Assembly: GCA_002269645.1 (NCBI GenBank)
Contig: NIVC01002257.1
Location: 125,353 to 189,352, forward strand
Direction of reading: 5' to 3'
From: Macrostomum lignano
Lineage: Eukaryota
Length of the DNA: 64,000 nucleotides
The position numbers and the translations under genes were made by a program. This document shows positions 1 to 11,169 of this stretch, one piece after another (the stretch's first letter is position 1; every line of letters begins with the position of its first letter). The notes under the pieces are model-generated. The model was not told the DNA's origin. It did no database searches and saw only the letters and a list, made by a program, of their open reading frames with translations.

Positions 1-1280
1 ACACGAAAACAGCAACAAATGAACTAAAAAACGACTACAAGTGCTCAAAATACTCTCCACCGGCATTGATACAGGCTTGCATCCTGTGAAACCAGCTGTC
101 GAAGCACTGCCGCCAATCCTCATCCCGGAGCTCCTCGATGATGTTTTTAAACTCATTCACAGCTTCTTCCGGTGAAGAAAAGACCTGGCCCTTCAGAATT
201 TCCTTGCACTTCGGAAACAGAAAAAAGTCGCACGGTGCCAGGTCTGGACTGTAAGCAGGGTGAGTCATCAGCTGGACCCCACAGTCAGCCAGAAACTCCA
301 GAGTTTGAGCCGCCGTGTGCGCGCTGGCGTTGTCGTGGTGCAGAAGCACCCCACGCATTCCGCACCTTGGGCGCCTCTGGCTCACAGCAGAAAAGACCTT
401 GGGCAGGCAAACCGTTGTGTACCAGTCAGCGGTGACTGTCTGGCGATCTTCAAGTGAAACGGAAGCCACATGCCCAGTGCGCATGAAGAAACAGGCCACC
501 ATCTGCTTGCCGACACTCCGGCTGCGTCGAAACTTGGTGGGGCTGTCCTCGTCTCCAAAGGTCCACATGGCTGACTGGCGCTTGCTTTCGGGGTCGTATT
601 GATAAATCCAGGTCTCATCGCCCGTGAGGATGTCCCAGATACGCCGGCTGGTCCCGGATTCGAATTTCTGCAGCATGAATCGGCACCAAGCCACCCTGGT
701 GTCCTTCTGCACGTCCGACAGCTGATGGGGGATCCACCGGGAAGCCAGCTTCCGCACTCCAAGGTGTTCGTGCATAATGGCGTGCACACTCCCCGATCCA
801 ATACCGATCTCCTGCTGGATCTGCTGGTAGGTCACTCGCCGGTCAGCGGCAATCATGCTGGACACAGCGCAGATATTTTCTGGAGTCACTGCGTCACAGG
901 GTCTCCCGGATCGATGTTCATCTTCGAGGCTTTCTCGACCTCGGCGAAACTCAGCGAACCAGTTTTTGACGGTTGCGTATGAAGGACATACATGGGTGAA
1001 AACGTTCTGTAAAGTTTGATACGATTCGGCCGGCGACTTGCCTTGCTTGAAGTGCAGGTACATCATTGCTCTGAAGTCGCGATTTTCCAGCTTCATTGTT
1101 GAATTGAAGATCTCAGGGGGTGAACTGACTTTAACTCGCTGCAGTGGACTCAAAAGTGGCTGCTTCTGTTTGAAATTTTTGCTGCGATACTTTTAAAAGT
1201 TGGTCTTTACCATAGACAAATTTCATGCTTCTACGTCTCGTGGATCCTACTCAGGCTAAAGACTTTCTGAGTGACCCTCG
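1..1280 (-). mobile_element. Tc1/mariner DNA transposon (mariner DD34D family); 3' end lies outside the window
   Basis: Contains the transposase ORF. The upstream end reads TA|CGAGGGTCACTCAGAAAGTCTTTAGCCT on the minus strand (TA at 1281-1282), a typical mariner terminus with TA target site. The partner TIR is not in the window. Confidence 0.88.
35..1153 (-). CDS. mariner transposase, intact ORF (probable ATG at 1096, MKLENRDFRAM...)
   Basis: Motifs WIPHQL (WVPHEL), TGDETW, HHDNASAH, HPAYSPDLAPCDF. There are 34 residues between the 2nd and 3rd catalytic Asp (DD34D). N-terminal HTH region with RSGRP. Confidence 0.95.
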   Translation of the reverse strand: MSPLQRVKVSSPPEIFNSTMKLENRDFRAMMYLHFKQGKSPAESYQTLQNVFTHVCPSYATVKNWFAEFRRGRESLEDEHRSGRPCDAVTPENICAVSSMIAADRRVTYQQIQQEIGIGSGSVHAIMHEHLGVRKLASRWIPHQLSDVQKDTRVAWCRFMLQKFESGTSRRIWDILTGDETWIYQYDPESKRQSAMWTFGDEDSPTKFRRSRSVGKQMVACFFMRTGHVASVSLEDRQTVTADWYTTVCLPKVFSAVSQRRPRCGMRGVLLHHDNASAHTAAQTLEFLADCGVQLMTHPAYSPDLAPCDFFLFPKCKEILKGQVFSSPEEAVNEFKNIIEELRDEDWRQCFDSWFHRMQACINAGGEYFEHL

Positions 1281-3906
1281 TATGTACAGACTTAGTACAG
1301 ACTACAGACAAAATTTAACTTTGTATCTCCATTGAGGCTTCTCGAAATATGAGCGGGAAACAATATTATAATAAACCAAAGTGCATATGGCTGTACGGCA
1401 TTGTGAGACCAGCCAGATTTCATTACCTTAGCAAAGGAGAAGCAAAGTTTCTGATTGCTGGGTATGAACTTGCTCTCTATGCTTTCTGCCGCGTAGATTC
1501 GTAGCAGTTTTCTTTCCAACCATTTCTTGATTAGTTGTTTACTGTAGAGATGCCATTAAAATAAGGGACGAATAATAAATAGCATTGTACATTTGATAGA
1601 TAAAGTTCTCTTTTCCGTATATATGCGGTGCACAATGGGGCACAATGCACTGAAATATTAAGCAAACTACTGCTACAATTTACGTAGTGTCAAAAAACAG
1701 TGAAGACCGAATTTCAAAACATTTTTTCTACAGGTAGTGAGTGAGCGCTTTAAGGACGAGAATGGGTTAGCAATAAGCAATGATCAGTACCCAATCAATG
1801 ATTAGCAACGGAAAAGACAGGATTTTGCAGCTCGTATAGATGATGCAAGCTATCAGTACATGTAGTAAAATCTACTCTTCACTGATCGTTGTCTACTAGT
1901 ACTCATTATCTAAGACGAATTATATACTCAATGCTCAAACTTGTCACTTGGAAATATAAATAACGCGTGTAAGCCAGGTTCTCTCTGAGGCAGATTGATG
2001 CTGGTTCAAGAGAAGTCCTTGGTTCAAGAGTTGAAAATTCTATGATTGGGTACTCAGACGCTTGATATCCCAATTGCTACTCAATAGGGGAAAAACCTGC
2101 AACCATTTTGGTACCATTACTGAATTTCACACCCAAACAGTTTAGTGTACGCTGTATACTGCTTGAGACAGGCTGCAAATACAAAAAGAAGGCAAAAAAT
2201 GTGAAAAAACACTCTGCCTCATACGTAGTGTTTTCGTTGTCCTGGCCATTACGAGCTATGCACTGTACGTAACCTATACGTACATGCAAATGCCCATCTA
2301 TCTAACTACTGCTATGAGCATTGGCGAAAGACACTCGAGACAGGTGAGACAGACAATAAAGACTTCGTACGATTCAGCTCTTAAAACTCGCTAGGGTAGG
2401 GCGTTGATAAACTTATTGTCACTGTACATCCAGTTAAATGATGCGCGTACATTGGACGAAGTTCCGTTTATTTTCGTACAGTTGATTTATGATTGTTTGT
2501 CTATCATAAATCATCCCTAGTGTCTTGCAATTGTGCCAACAACATTAAGTTCGATGATAAGTATAATGACGTTCTATATAACTGTCGTAAGTTAATATCT
2601 AGAGCCATTTTCGCTCATCGCTATACATTTTACAGACTTTTGCTCATGCTCGAATTTCCCTGCTTGAGGAAGTCTAGAAGAGTTTAATATTTGCAGAAGG
2701 CGCAACGCCTCCCACGACATCATTCCACAACCAGTGCCGAGGCAACCCTGCCCATTCCGCTGGCTCCTGAGCACATGCAGGCGCGCCAATACTGTAAGCA
2801 GGCACAGCACTCATGCACACGCTCACAAACTTTCTAATCGTCAAGCATTTACACTCTCTGAGCCAAAACACCCTTAGTGCACTTTTCTTCTCCCATCTAA
2901 CTTGGCACTACTGATGAATTTGCTGTGCTGTTGTGTCTCTCGGTTGTCTCTGTATATATTGGCATTTTTCTCTATCTCGCGGGGGTCTTCGAAGAATCGA
3001 AACTTTCGAGTTGACAACCTGCAGAAATTGAATACAGCGTATTTCAACGTATACCTTACTGGATAAATTTAGGAAAAAAACTTAAGATATGCAGTAAAAT
3101 TGAAGTGTATACTCGTATTTCTGCGAAACTCCTAAACTGCAGAAGCTCTGTACTGTTCTCTGGTGTGAGGTGGCTAGAGTAATCTGTTTACTCAAAATCG
3201 TACATTGGAGGAGACAAAAGGGAACTTCAAATTCGACTTGCTGTACAGAATACCAAGGAATGAGCTCTAATGTTGTACGGGGCTCATCTGTGCATCTCGG
3301 CTCTATCTTTTCTCAATCCGTTAAGCCTTCGAAGAATGCGTAGCTAAGCTAAAGGTGGCAATCTGCAGCAGTGGTTGAGAGAGCCCAGCCGCTGTACAAT
3401 GGCTTTACTTTATTGGATGAGGTTACGCGTGAAACGCAGGTATAGAAGCTCGCAAAATATCTCTACCACATGAAGTTCCCTTTAACTGTGCGCAGTCCAA
3501 ATTTGCATTAGGAGCAACAAGTACACTGAATTCAAGTACTCAAATATCATCAAATGCAATCAAATGCAGATTAAGTAAGAAAATTCTCTCCATGACTGAG
3601 TCAGTGAACATAGTAAGTGTTCACCCAGTACAGGTAGCTAGATGAACCCCCTTTTCTGTACTCGGATTGCTTTTGGTAGGAATCACGCGCAAAAATTGGA
3701 TTTTTGGCCTGGCGGGCCAGTCTCTATGCTTGTTAATACCCATTGACACATTAACGCTTGAAAATTGAGCACTAGAGAAAGCACGAAAACATGGACCCCT
3801 ATACTAGAAGTTACCATTGTACAACGATTTGTCTGTAGCCAAAACTCTATATTACATGTAAAATAGTCTACGGTGGTGGGTGGGGCTTTGCCACCAAACC
3901 CCCGTC

Positions 3907-4075
3907 CAAGGAGTTCTATAATTGGCAATCTGGAGTGGAAGCGAGTTTTACCTCATGAGGCCACGCCAATTGTAGAGATAAGGAGCCAGCACTGAATGTC
4001 TATGCTAGTCTGGCCTCATGAGGTAAAACTGAAAAACTCGTTTTCACTTCAGGTTGCTAATTATAGAACTCCTTG
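3907..4075. repeat. imperfect inverted repeat (arms 3907-3963 and 4011-4075) of a ~96-bp dispersed element also present at 59519-59614
   Basis: caaggagttctataattggcaatc...cctcatgaggcca versus tggcctcatgaggtaaaact...gctaattatagaactccttg. The reverse complement of 3907-4002 matches 59519-59614. Confidence 0.8.
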
Positions 4076-5923
4076 CCCCGTCCCTCACTCTTAAAGTGTA
4101 GCTTAAAACAAATATCTTTGGTACAATGCAGCACAATATCGATGTAAACTTTTGTTCATAGCTGGTATGCCGGTTTATTGGTAATTTATAGATTAAAAAT
4201 TAATTGTAGTCCATAAACTGCAGCTTAAAATGGTACAAATTCTTAATTTTTTTCTGCCGCTACAAGCTTTGATGTCTACAGTTTCCACTCATAATATCAT
4301 CGAAGAAAGTTAGCTAGTAAAGTTTGCAAAACACTGGAGAGAAAGTGTGCAATGGCTCGCGTCATTCTATCCCGGGCCAACAGTGTCAATGCCATAATGA
4401 TGCAACCAGGGACTCAACCAGGCGATTCACTCAGTCCATGTTGCCGCTAAGTACGGGTGTCGCATCGGGCAGTCTGCTGTTTGGTCGCAAATCAATATCA
4501 CTGTTCTGAGCCTTCAGCACTCGCGACCCCGCCATCAGCAATCAGGATCGCCAGTCTGAGAGGATTTACGAGCTAAACGACATATTGAGACGGACAGACC
4601 ACGTCATTCTGACAGCAATCACCACAATCACCATGAAAGACCGACGCATTTGAAGAGTCGGCTCCGTAGACCATATTAGGGGTGGGGAGCACGTCCGAAG
4701 TGCATGGGGACTCGCTGGTCATGCATCGGGGACGGCACCAGACGCCAAGCGACTGCCCTAGACGTCAGAGCAGCTCAAAAGACAGCCAATGGCAGCCGAA
4801 GGACGGCAAAAAGAGCTACAAGGAGATGGTTAATTATTAAGGACTGAGCTGACAAACTGACGCTTCCATTATTGAAGTATTTTTCCCAGATTTTTACCTT
4901 CCTATTTTTAATTTTAAGGAAGACATTGTTAAATATTGTGCCACCGGCCATAGCCCATCGATGCATCAGTGAAATCTTTCTCCATAACGCACCATTATAA
5001 ATCAATGTACATCCACTACTCATTTACAACATAACAATCTCCTGTAAGTCGGCTTAGCACCAAAATATGCTCTAAATTTCGAGGGCTATGCGCTAGCCAA
5101 TTCTATTATTTCTGCTTCAAGCCAAACCTTCCTGGAAAAATGGGCATCAGCGCACAGCGCACCCTGTCTCCAATGCCGTCTTGGATAATTCCATAGGAAA
5201 ATAAAAACAAACCAAATATCCACATCCTCGTTGAAGTGGAGAAAAAACTATGAGTTTTATGCTATGAGCTATGAGAAGCTATGAGTAAGTGAATTTCGGA
5301 CGAAAATTTCTAAGAACAAGTGCTGCACTCTCATTGGACAAGAACTTCATGTAAAATAGTAAATACATGTAAACGGCGCGCACACAATGTCACATGAGTG
5401 TACGTACCTTTAACACTATAAATAATAAAGAACGGGAGTTCTACATACGATCAAAATTAGCTCGAGATCCTACGCTAAAAGCAGACTTGTAGTATTTTTT
5501 GAGACAAAGAATAACAAACAGGATCAAAACAATGTCGCAAAAAAAGACAGGCGCAGCCACGAACGTTATGAACATGATGAGCAACCTAACGACAGCGACT
5601 GAAGCTGCTAGCAAAATAGCAAGCACTGCAAGTAGCATCTATGATACTGTATCAGCTGTCACACAACAATCGCACGATATTCTGACGGAATTGACCAAGG
5701 AAGCCGCCAGCATCGCCCAAGCCGAGGTCAGTGATTTTCGAGACGCAATGCGAGACACAAATGCTTCTGGAGAAGATCTGAGGTCAAGATGTCTTGAGCT
5801 GAGAGAAAAGTGGCAGTCCTTTGAAAATTACATTTACGAGACCTTTGAACGAAAGGAAATTAGTCGCGCTGAAGTTCAAAATTGCATTCAGCTGCTGCAG
5901 TTAATGCTGGAGAGTGCCGGCAA

Positions 5924-6164
5924 CACAGCACCCATGGAACATCTTTTAGGGAGAAAAAAAGTACGAAGCAATCCATTCAACTTTTCTTGTTCCATAGACA
6001 CCTGTAGATGAAAAAAATGAAAAACAGAAAAAAATTTGCGATAGCTTCATGTTTTATTGCACTTTTTGAATTTTCATGTACTTTTAATTGGCAAAACAGG
6101 AAGACATTCCATAAAAACTGCCATTTCAGCTTACAGGTCATTAGCGAAATAAATTCAGCTACCT
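5924..6164 (+). repeat. left terminal inverted repeat of the Chapaev-type element
   Basis: Reverse complement of 8965-9205. Confidence 0.93.
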
Positions 6165-6668
6165 TTCTATCCCATACAGCCAAATAAATAACTAAAGACT
6201 TGTTTACATTGAAGCTAGTATCTCTGCGAGTCACACACTGTTCAAATTAAAGTACCACTAGTCTTGCACAAAGTCTAGATTGATTTGAGTATTCAATGAT
6301 CTACAGAGTAACTAAACCTTTATTTCTGGCTCACATAATCGATAGCATTTGATTGGCCAAATCGTTGTACACGCAGCTAAGCTGAATGAAATCAACCAAT
6401 CGATTGCTTAACTTTAGGCGGCCAGTTTTTAACTTAACAGATGTACATCCACCAGACATTTACAATGCTGCACTCGTCTGAAAATTTCATGCCCGCAAGC
6501 AGGCCAACTATAAGGTTCAATGAAAATGTACAATCATGCACTACAAACTCAGTAAACATCTCACAGTGATAGAAAAATCCACTCTATCCTAGCATAAAAC
6601 AACGCCAACAAACTTCAAATAAAGTTATATTCTATCATCAGTTTTATAGCACTTTTGATAGCTCTGCA

Positions 6669-8774
6669 ATGCCTTCAACGGCTTTAACTCATTCGGAGAA
6701 TCGATTGAAAGTATGCCTGATCTGCTTTAAAAAAGGAGCATCTCATGAACCTATTCGTGACGCAAATCTACAACGCATCAATCGAAATTTTATCGAAGAT
6801 ATTGACATCACTGATGAAAGTCTTCCAGCATCTTTGTGCGCTCGGTGTCGCAAACTTCTTCTTGATGTCGACAGTGGTAGAAAGCCAGTGGATGCTCTGC
6901 CCCAACCATATGACTTCTCAAAAGTGAAGCAGACAGCAGTCACACGACAGAATCCCCTGTGCCATTGTGATCTGTGTGAAGTCGCCCGGATGACTCCGAT
7001 TGGTCAGGGGCTTGGCTCTGCCAAAGTTCCGGCTCACCCGATTGGCCGGCCGAAGAAATCCAACGACCAGCTGCCTGTAGCTTTGCCAGCTAAAATCTGC
7101 CGACGCTGCCTTTGCATCCTCCGGCGAGGAGTCAGTCACTGCTGTACCATCACTCAACGCAGGGAAAACCTGTGCACAGAGTACTCTGTGGACCAGCGAG
7201 GGGCTGAGATGCACGCAGCCAAAGTAATCAAAAGAAAAGCTGTCGATGCGCACGGTGCTGCTCCAATTCAACTGGCAACTCGTGGGCGTAATCTAACACT
7301 CAGTCTCCTAGCCCCATCACAAGCTAAAAACTCGGCTGCTTTTTACGATTCGCCGATCTCAGCATCTGAAATGAGCTGCTTTCAGCAGGCGCTGAGTCTA
7401 AGCAGACGGCAAACGAGGACTGCAGCGCAATTCTTCCGTAAGTGGAAAGGGCGGAAGTCAATTGAAGCAGGCCTGGAGTCGAAGTTGCAGCAGCTGGACA
7501 GCAGCCTCAGCGAGTATTTTTCGGTGACCGATGCAGAGTTTGAGATCAGCGGCGGTCAGAAGAAGCGCTGCTCCGTCGTATTCTGCAGGGACCCAGCAGG
7601 TCTCATTGATTACATGCTGCAACACCGGAGGGCGCCTTTTGGTTCTGAGTTCGTTGCAAAAGTTGGAATGGACAGTGGTGGTGATTTTCTGAAAATCTGT
7701 CTCAGCCTCATAGTTGACACATCAACTGATGCAAGTGACTTCGAGACTCAGGCTGCCGATGTCTGCTCAAGCCACTTTGCCGAAGGAGGTGTCAAGAGAC
7801 TCATGCTACTAGGAATTGTTCAAGGAGTGAAAGAAACGTATGCCAACCTTAAGACCATGCTGGATCTTTTGAATATGAAAGGCGTCCGATATTACTGCTC
7901 GATGGACATGAAGATGGCCAACATCTTCCTTGGGCTTCAGGCATGCAGCAGCTTGCATCCGTGTCCTTGGTGCGAGTGCAGGCGGAACCTTTTTGGTGAT
8001 GCGCATCGTGACATCCAGCTGCGGACGCTCGGTGCCATTCGAAGAAATGCAGCCCAGTATCAGCAGGCAGCTCGGCAGCATCGGGGCAGTTTGCAGCTTG
8101 GAGCTGCCAACTTCAAGAATTGTGTGCATGATCCACTAACAGATCTGCCTGACGACACCGAGGTTCTAACGATCGTGCCTCCAATGGAACTGCACCTGAT
8201 GCTGGGAATTACCAACCGGCTGCTGGAAGAACTGGACACGCGACTCCAAGCGACAAATGACTGTTCGGTGCGCATTGATGACTGGCTTGCTCGACTGGGA
8301 GTTCAGCGACAGCCTCAGCATGGCAGGCAGATAAACGGCAATGACTGCGCAAAGGTGCTGGAGTCAGTAGATCAGTTGGAGCAGATGGTCCGAGACTGCG
8401 ATGCTTGCCTGGGAATGCCCGTTGTGTTTGCTCTGCGGTGCTTTCGAGAGGTAAAGAGAACCTGCTTCAGCCTTGAACTGCGCGATGGCTTCGAGACCGC
8501 CGTGGCTCACTTTGCTCAGGCTTACGCGGATCTCGGTATTAGCACCACGCCGAAGGTGCACGCGCTGATTGACCACGTGGTGCCTTTCCTCTCAAGCGCT
8601 GACAACAGGGAAGCCCGACATGGACTAGGCTTTTGGTCTGAGCAAGCTGGCGAAGCTGTGCATCGCGATTTCAACAGCCTGTGGTGCCGCAGCTACAAAG
8701 TTAGTCCTACAAATCCTCAGTATGCACAACAGCTGCTGAAGTGCACTGTTGCGTACTGCTCGCGGCATTTGTGA
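6669..8774 (+). CDS. Chapaev/Transib/RAG1-like DDE transposase, 701 aa, intact
   Basis: N-terminal H-x7-C-x2-C...P-x3-C-x2-C...C-x2-C...GRPKK zinc finger (Chapa/RAG1-NTD-like). Core motifs: KVGMDSGG (D1), SMDMK...HPCPWC (D2 + CxxC), PMELHLMLG, TPKVHALIDH (HxxxxH), GFWSEQAGEAVH (E). Confidence 0.9.
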   Translation: MPSTALTHSENRLKVCLICFKKGASHEPIRDANLQRINRNFIEDIDITDESLPASLCARCRKLLLDVDSGRKPVDALPQPYDFSKVKQTAVTRQNPLCHCDLCEVARMTPIGQGLGSAKVPAHPIGRPKKSNDQLPVALPAKICRRCLCILRRGVSHCCTITQRRENLCTEYSVDQRGAEMHAAKVIKRKAVDAHGAAPIQLATRGRNLTLSLLAPSQAKNSAAFYDSPISASEMSCFQQALSLSRRQTRTAAQFFRKWKGRKSIEAGLESKLQQLDSSLSEYFSVTDAEFEISGGQKKRCSVVFCRDPAGLIDYMLQHRRAPFGSEFVAKVGMDSGGDFLKICLSLIVDTSTDASDFETQAADVCSSHFAEGGVKRLMLLGIVQGVKETYANLKTMLDLLNMKGVRYYCSMDMKMANIFLGLQACSSLHPCPWCECRRNLFGDAHRDIQLRTLGAIRRNAAQYQQAARQHRGSLQLGAANFKNCVHDPLTDLPDDTEVLTIVPPMELHLMLGITNRLLEELDTRLQATNDCSVRIDDWLARLGVQRQPQHGRQINGNDCAKVLESVDQLEQMVRDCDACLGMPVVFALRCFREVKRTCFSLELRDGFETAVAHFAQAYADLGISTTPKVHALIDHVVPFLSSADNREARHGLGFWSEQAGEAVHRDFNSLWCRSYKVSPTNPQYAQQLLKCTVAYCSRHL

Positions 8775-8964
8775 CCTGCTTTAATAGTAAGAACATTTTC
8801 TTTTTCTAAGTCTTTTTTTGTTTGCAATAGCAGATAGAAAAAATGTGTCTTTAAGCTATCTATAATATTTGTTTATGGTAAAAACTTATTTAAAAAACAC
8901 TATTTAAAGTAGCCTAATGCACTGCATATAAGTTTTTTTATCGGCCTGATAGTTTAAGTTAAGC

Positions 8965-9205
8965 AGGTAGCTGAATTTAATACGCTGATGACCTGCAAGC
9001 TGAAATGGCAGTTTTTATGGAATGTCTTCCTGTTTTGCCAATTAAAAGTACATGAAAATTCAAAAGGTGCAATAAAACATGAAGCTATCGCAAATTTTTT
9101 TCTGTTTTTCATTTTTTTCATCTACAGGTGTCTATGGAACAAGAAAAGTTGAATGGATTGCTTCGTACTTTTTTTCTCCCTAAAAGATGTTCCATGGGTG
9201 CTGTG
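8965..9205 (-). repeat. right terminal inverted repeat of the Chapaev-type element
   Basis: Reverse complement of 5924-6164. Confidence 0.93.
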
Positions 9206-11078
9206 GCAACTGTGGCAAGTGCTACAAAGAGTTCAGAGAGAAACTGAATCGTGCTGTTGACGTAGGGTCTCGCCTCGCAGAGCGGTGCAGAGTCGCAGCC
9301 GCGGAAAGCAGGTCCGAAGCCTCGACCACGAAGGCTCGCGGATATGGCGCTGCAGGAGTTCTAGGCGCTGCCGCTCTTGGCTTTCTCACCTTTGCTACAG
9401 GAGGCGTCGCTGCGGTTGGAGCTGCTGCAATGGGTGCAGCCGCGGCTGGCGCGGGAGCCTACACCTACGATAAGGCGAAAAAACTGGAAAAACTGGCTGG
9501 TGAGTTTGACGACCAAAGAGGAAAGCTTGATGATGCTCTGCGGGATCTGAACAGCTTGGGAGATTCCATCACTGGTCTGTTTACCGTCACCGAGAAAATG
9601 GTCGAGAACATGGAGATTGCCCTGAGGATCTTCAAGGAGCAGGAACGCCTGAAGCAAGAGAACGAGGACAATCGAATCAAGAATGAGAAGATGGCTCTGG
9701 AAAACGAAAAAATGAAGGAGGAACAGGAAACTCTAAAGCAGGAGGCGGAAAGAAGGAAGCAAGAAAATGATGAGATGAAGCAACAACAAGAAAGCATGAG
9801 ACAGAGAAATGAAGAATTGGAAGAGCGGCTCAAGAAGCTGGAAATCGAAAAAAATAAGAAAAAAAGCAAGGCTTGCCGCAACATGTGAGGAGCAAGCAAG
9901 ACTCATAGGTACAATTAACTGACACTTGTGATGCGGTTTTTTTTAAAGTTAAGACTTTAATTCTGGCTTGACAGTTACAGCACTGGCTTGCAGTTTATAA
10001 TTAAAAGTACTCACTCCTATAAACTTTTTGAGGCCTTAGTTAAAATGGCACCATCTTAGCTAACTAGCCGACTATTAAGCTATATGCTATTACTGTTTTT
10101 ATTTTTAAGTTTCTCTTACAGTAGCTAGATACGCTAAAGTACGAGCATATGTGTTGCAGGTCTTTAATGTAAGCCTTCTCAAACGGAGTCGTAATGCTTC
10201 GATTCACTTGTAGCTGATTAGCTCGTATTCTTCAAAAACTGTCATTTATTATAATTTAAAAACTTTATTTATCTATGCAATTTTTTTCATCTTTTTTAAC
10301 GCAATTAATATTACGGTAATCTTTCTGCAATAATTTTCCTGTACAGTATGTCAGAAAGAATCATGTTATACCAAAGTCGAAAGGCGAAAATGTATCTTGT
10401 GAATTATTGTTTCAATCGTTTGATTCCAAAATTGTGTCTTCACGTCGAAGTACATTTCTGTAGTTTTAGACGAAATGTAATAGTGGTAGTTATATACTCT
10501 TACTAATATACGCTTGTATCTTTCTGCAATCGATTTTACCAAACCGCCGTCCATTTTTTGTAAGCTATTTTTTTGTCATAGTTCTGCTCCTTTATCAGAG
10601 GAAAAGGAATGCAAAGACTCGGAAGCAGCAGGCAAAGAAAGAAACAGCAAAGCAGACGAAACAGTACAGAAAATAGAAAAGGAGAACTTTGTCTACATGT
10701 ACACTCGCTGACTCAGTGTTTAAAAGAATTCTCTCACTTGAGCTAAAAAGAGCTGCATTTCAATGCACATACGCTCGTATAACGTACTATTTACAGGCTT
10801 ATAAACCCAAGAAGAATATAGAAACGAAATAACCCTGTTTAATGAGTTTGGAGATAGATGCGAATCGAACTTCGAGGAAAAAAGTTTGTCGTCACCAATT
10901 ATGTAAATTAATAATGTATTAAAGCATTTAACACTGCCAAAATCAAGCTTTCTGTGTTTTCAAGTCTCTGCTACTTATATGCTGGAATCGGACATAATAT
11001 ACTTTCTTATGGTTGCAGCATTGGAGGTAGAAATTGATTGCTACGAGCGTAGCGCCTTTTTATCCAACTGCGAGTAGG

Positions 11079-11157
11079 TCTGCAGTGCGATGACATCACA
11101 GCTTGACATTACATCACATCACGCTCGGCGTAAGCTGTGATGTCATCGCACTGCAGA
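11079..11157. other. perfect 26-bp inverted repeat (hairpin) with 27-nt loop
   Basis: tctgcagtgcgatgacatcacagctt (11079-11104) and aagctgtgatgtcatcgcactgcaga (11132-11157) are exact reverse complements. Confidence 0.9.
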
Positions 11158-11169
11158 AGGTGTCTATCT

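Larger units (their letters stand above)
5924..9205 (+). mobile_element. Chapaev-type (CMC/Transib-RAG1-related) DNA transposon, full length, 3282 bp
   Basis: Ends are 5'-CACAGCACCCATGG...CCATGGGTGCTGTG-3'. TIRs are ~241 bp (5924-6164 / 8965-9205) with only about 5 mismatches by eye. 4-bp direct repeat GCAA at 5920-5923 and 9206-9209. Single internal transposase ORF. Confidence 0.92.
5532..9888 (+). pseudogene. host gene (356 aa when rejoined: 5532-5923 + 9210-9888) interrupted by the Chapaev-type transposon; helical bundle + Gly/Ala hydrophobic hairpin + C-terminal coiled coil
   Basis: Removing 5924-9205 and one GCAA copy gives in-frame ...LESAGN|CGKCYKEFREKL.... The rejoined segment aligns ungapped with the ORF at 61365-62864 (SAGNCGKCYKEFREKLNRAVDVGSRLAERCR vs SADECKHSLSQLKEKLSDAARLSRELAEKCR). 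Confidence 0.88.

Noticed and set aside
172-982. Several + strand ORFs overlapping the mariner
   Set aside because: Antisense shadows of the GC-rich transposase; no motifs.
4330-4780. GC-rich patch resembling an exon or TE fragment
   Set aside because: No recognisable motif or convincing splice-bounded frame found by eye.
6562-6580. CACAGTG heptamer followed by an A-rich nonamer-like string inside the transposon
   Set aside because: The spacer is only ~2 nt rather than 12/23 and it is internal to the element; chance match.
5961-9127. Splicing the transposon out (GT at 5961 to the strong ttcatctacag acceptor at 9127) to rescue the host gene
   Set aside because: The product is out of frame, and the in-frame path has TAA at 9181-9183.
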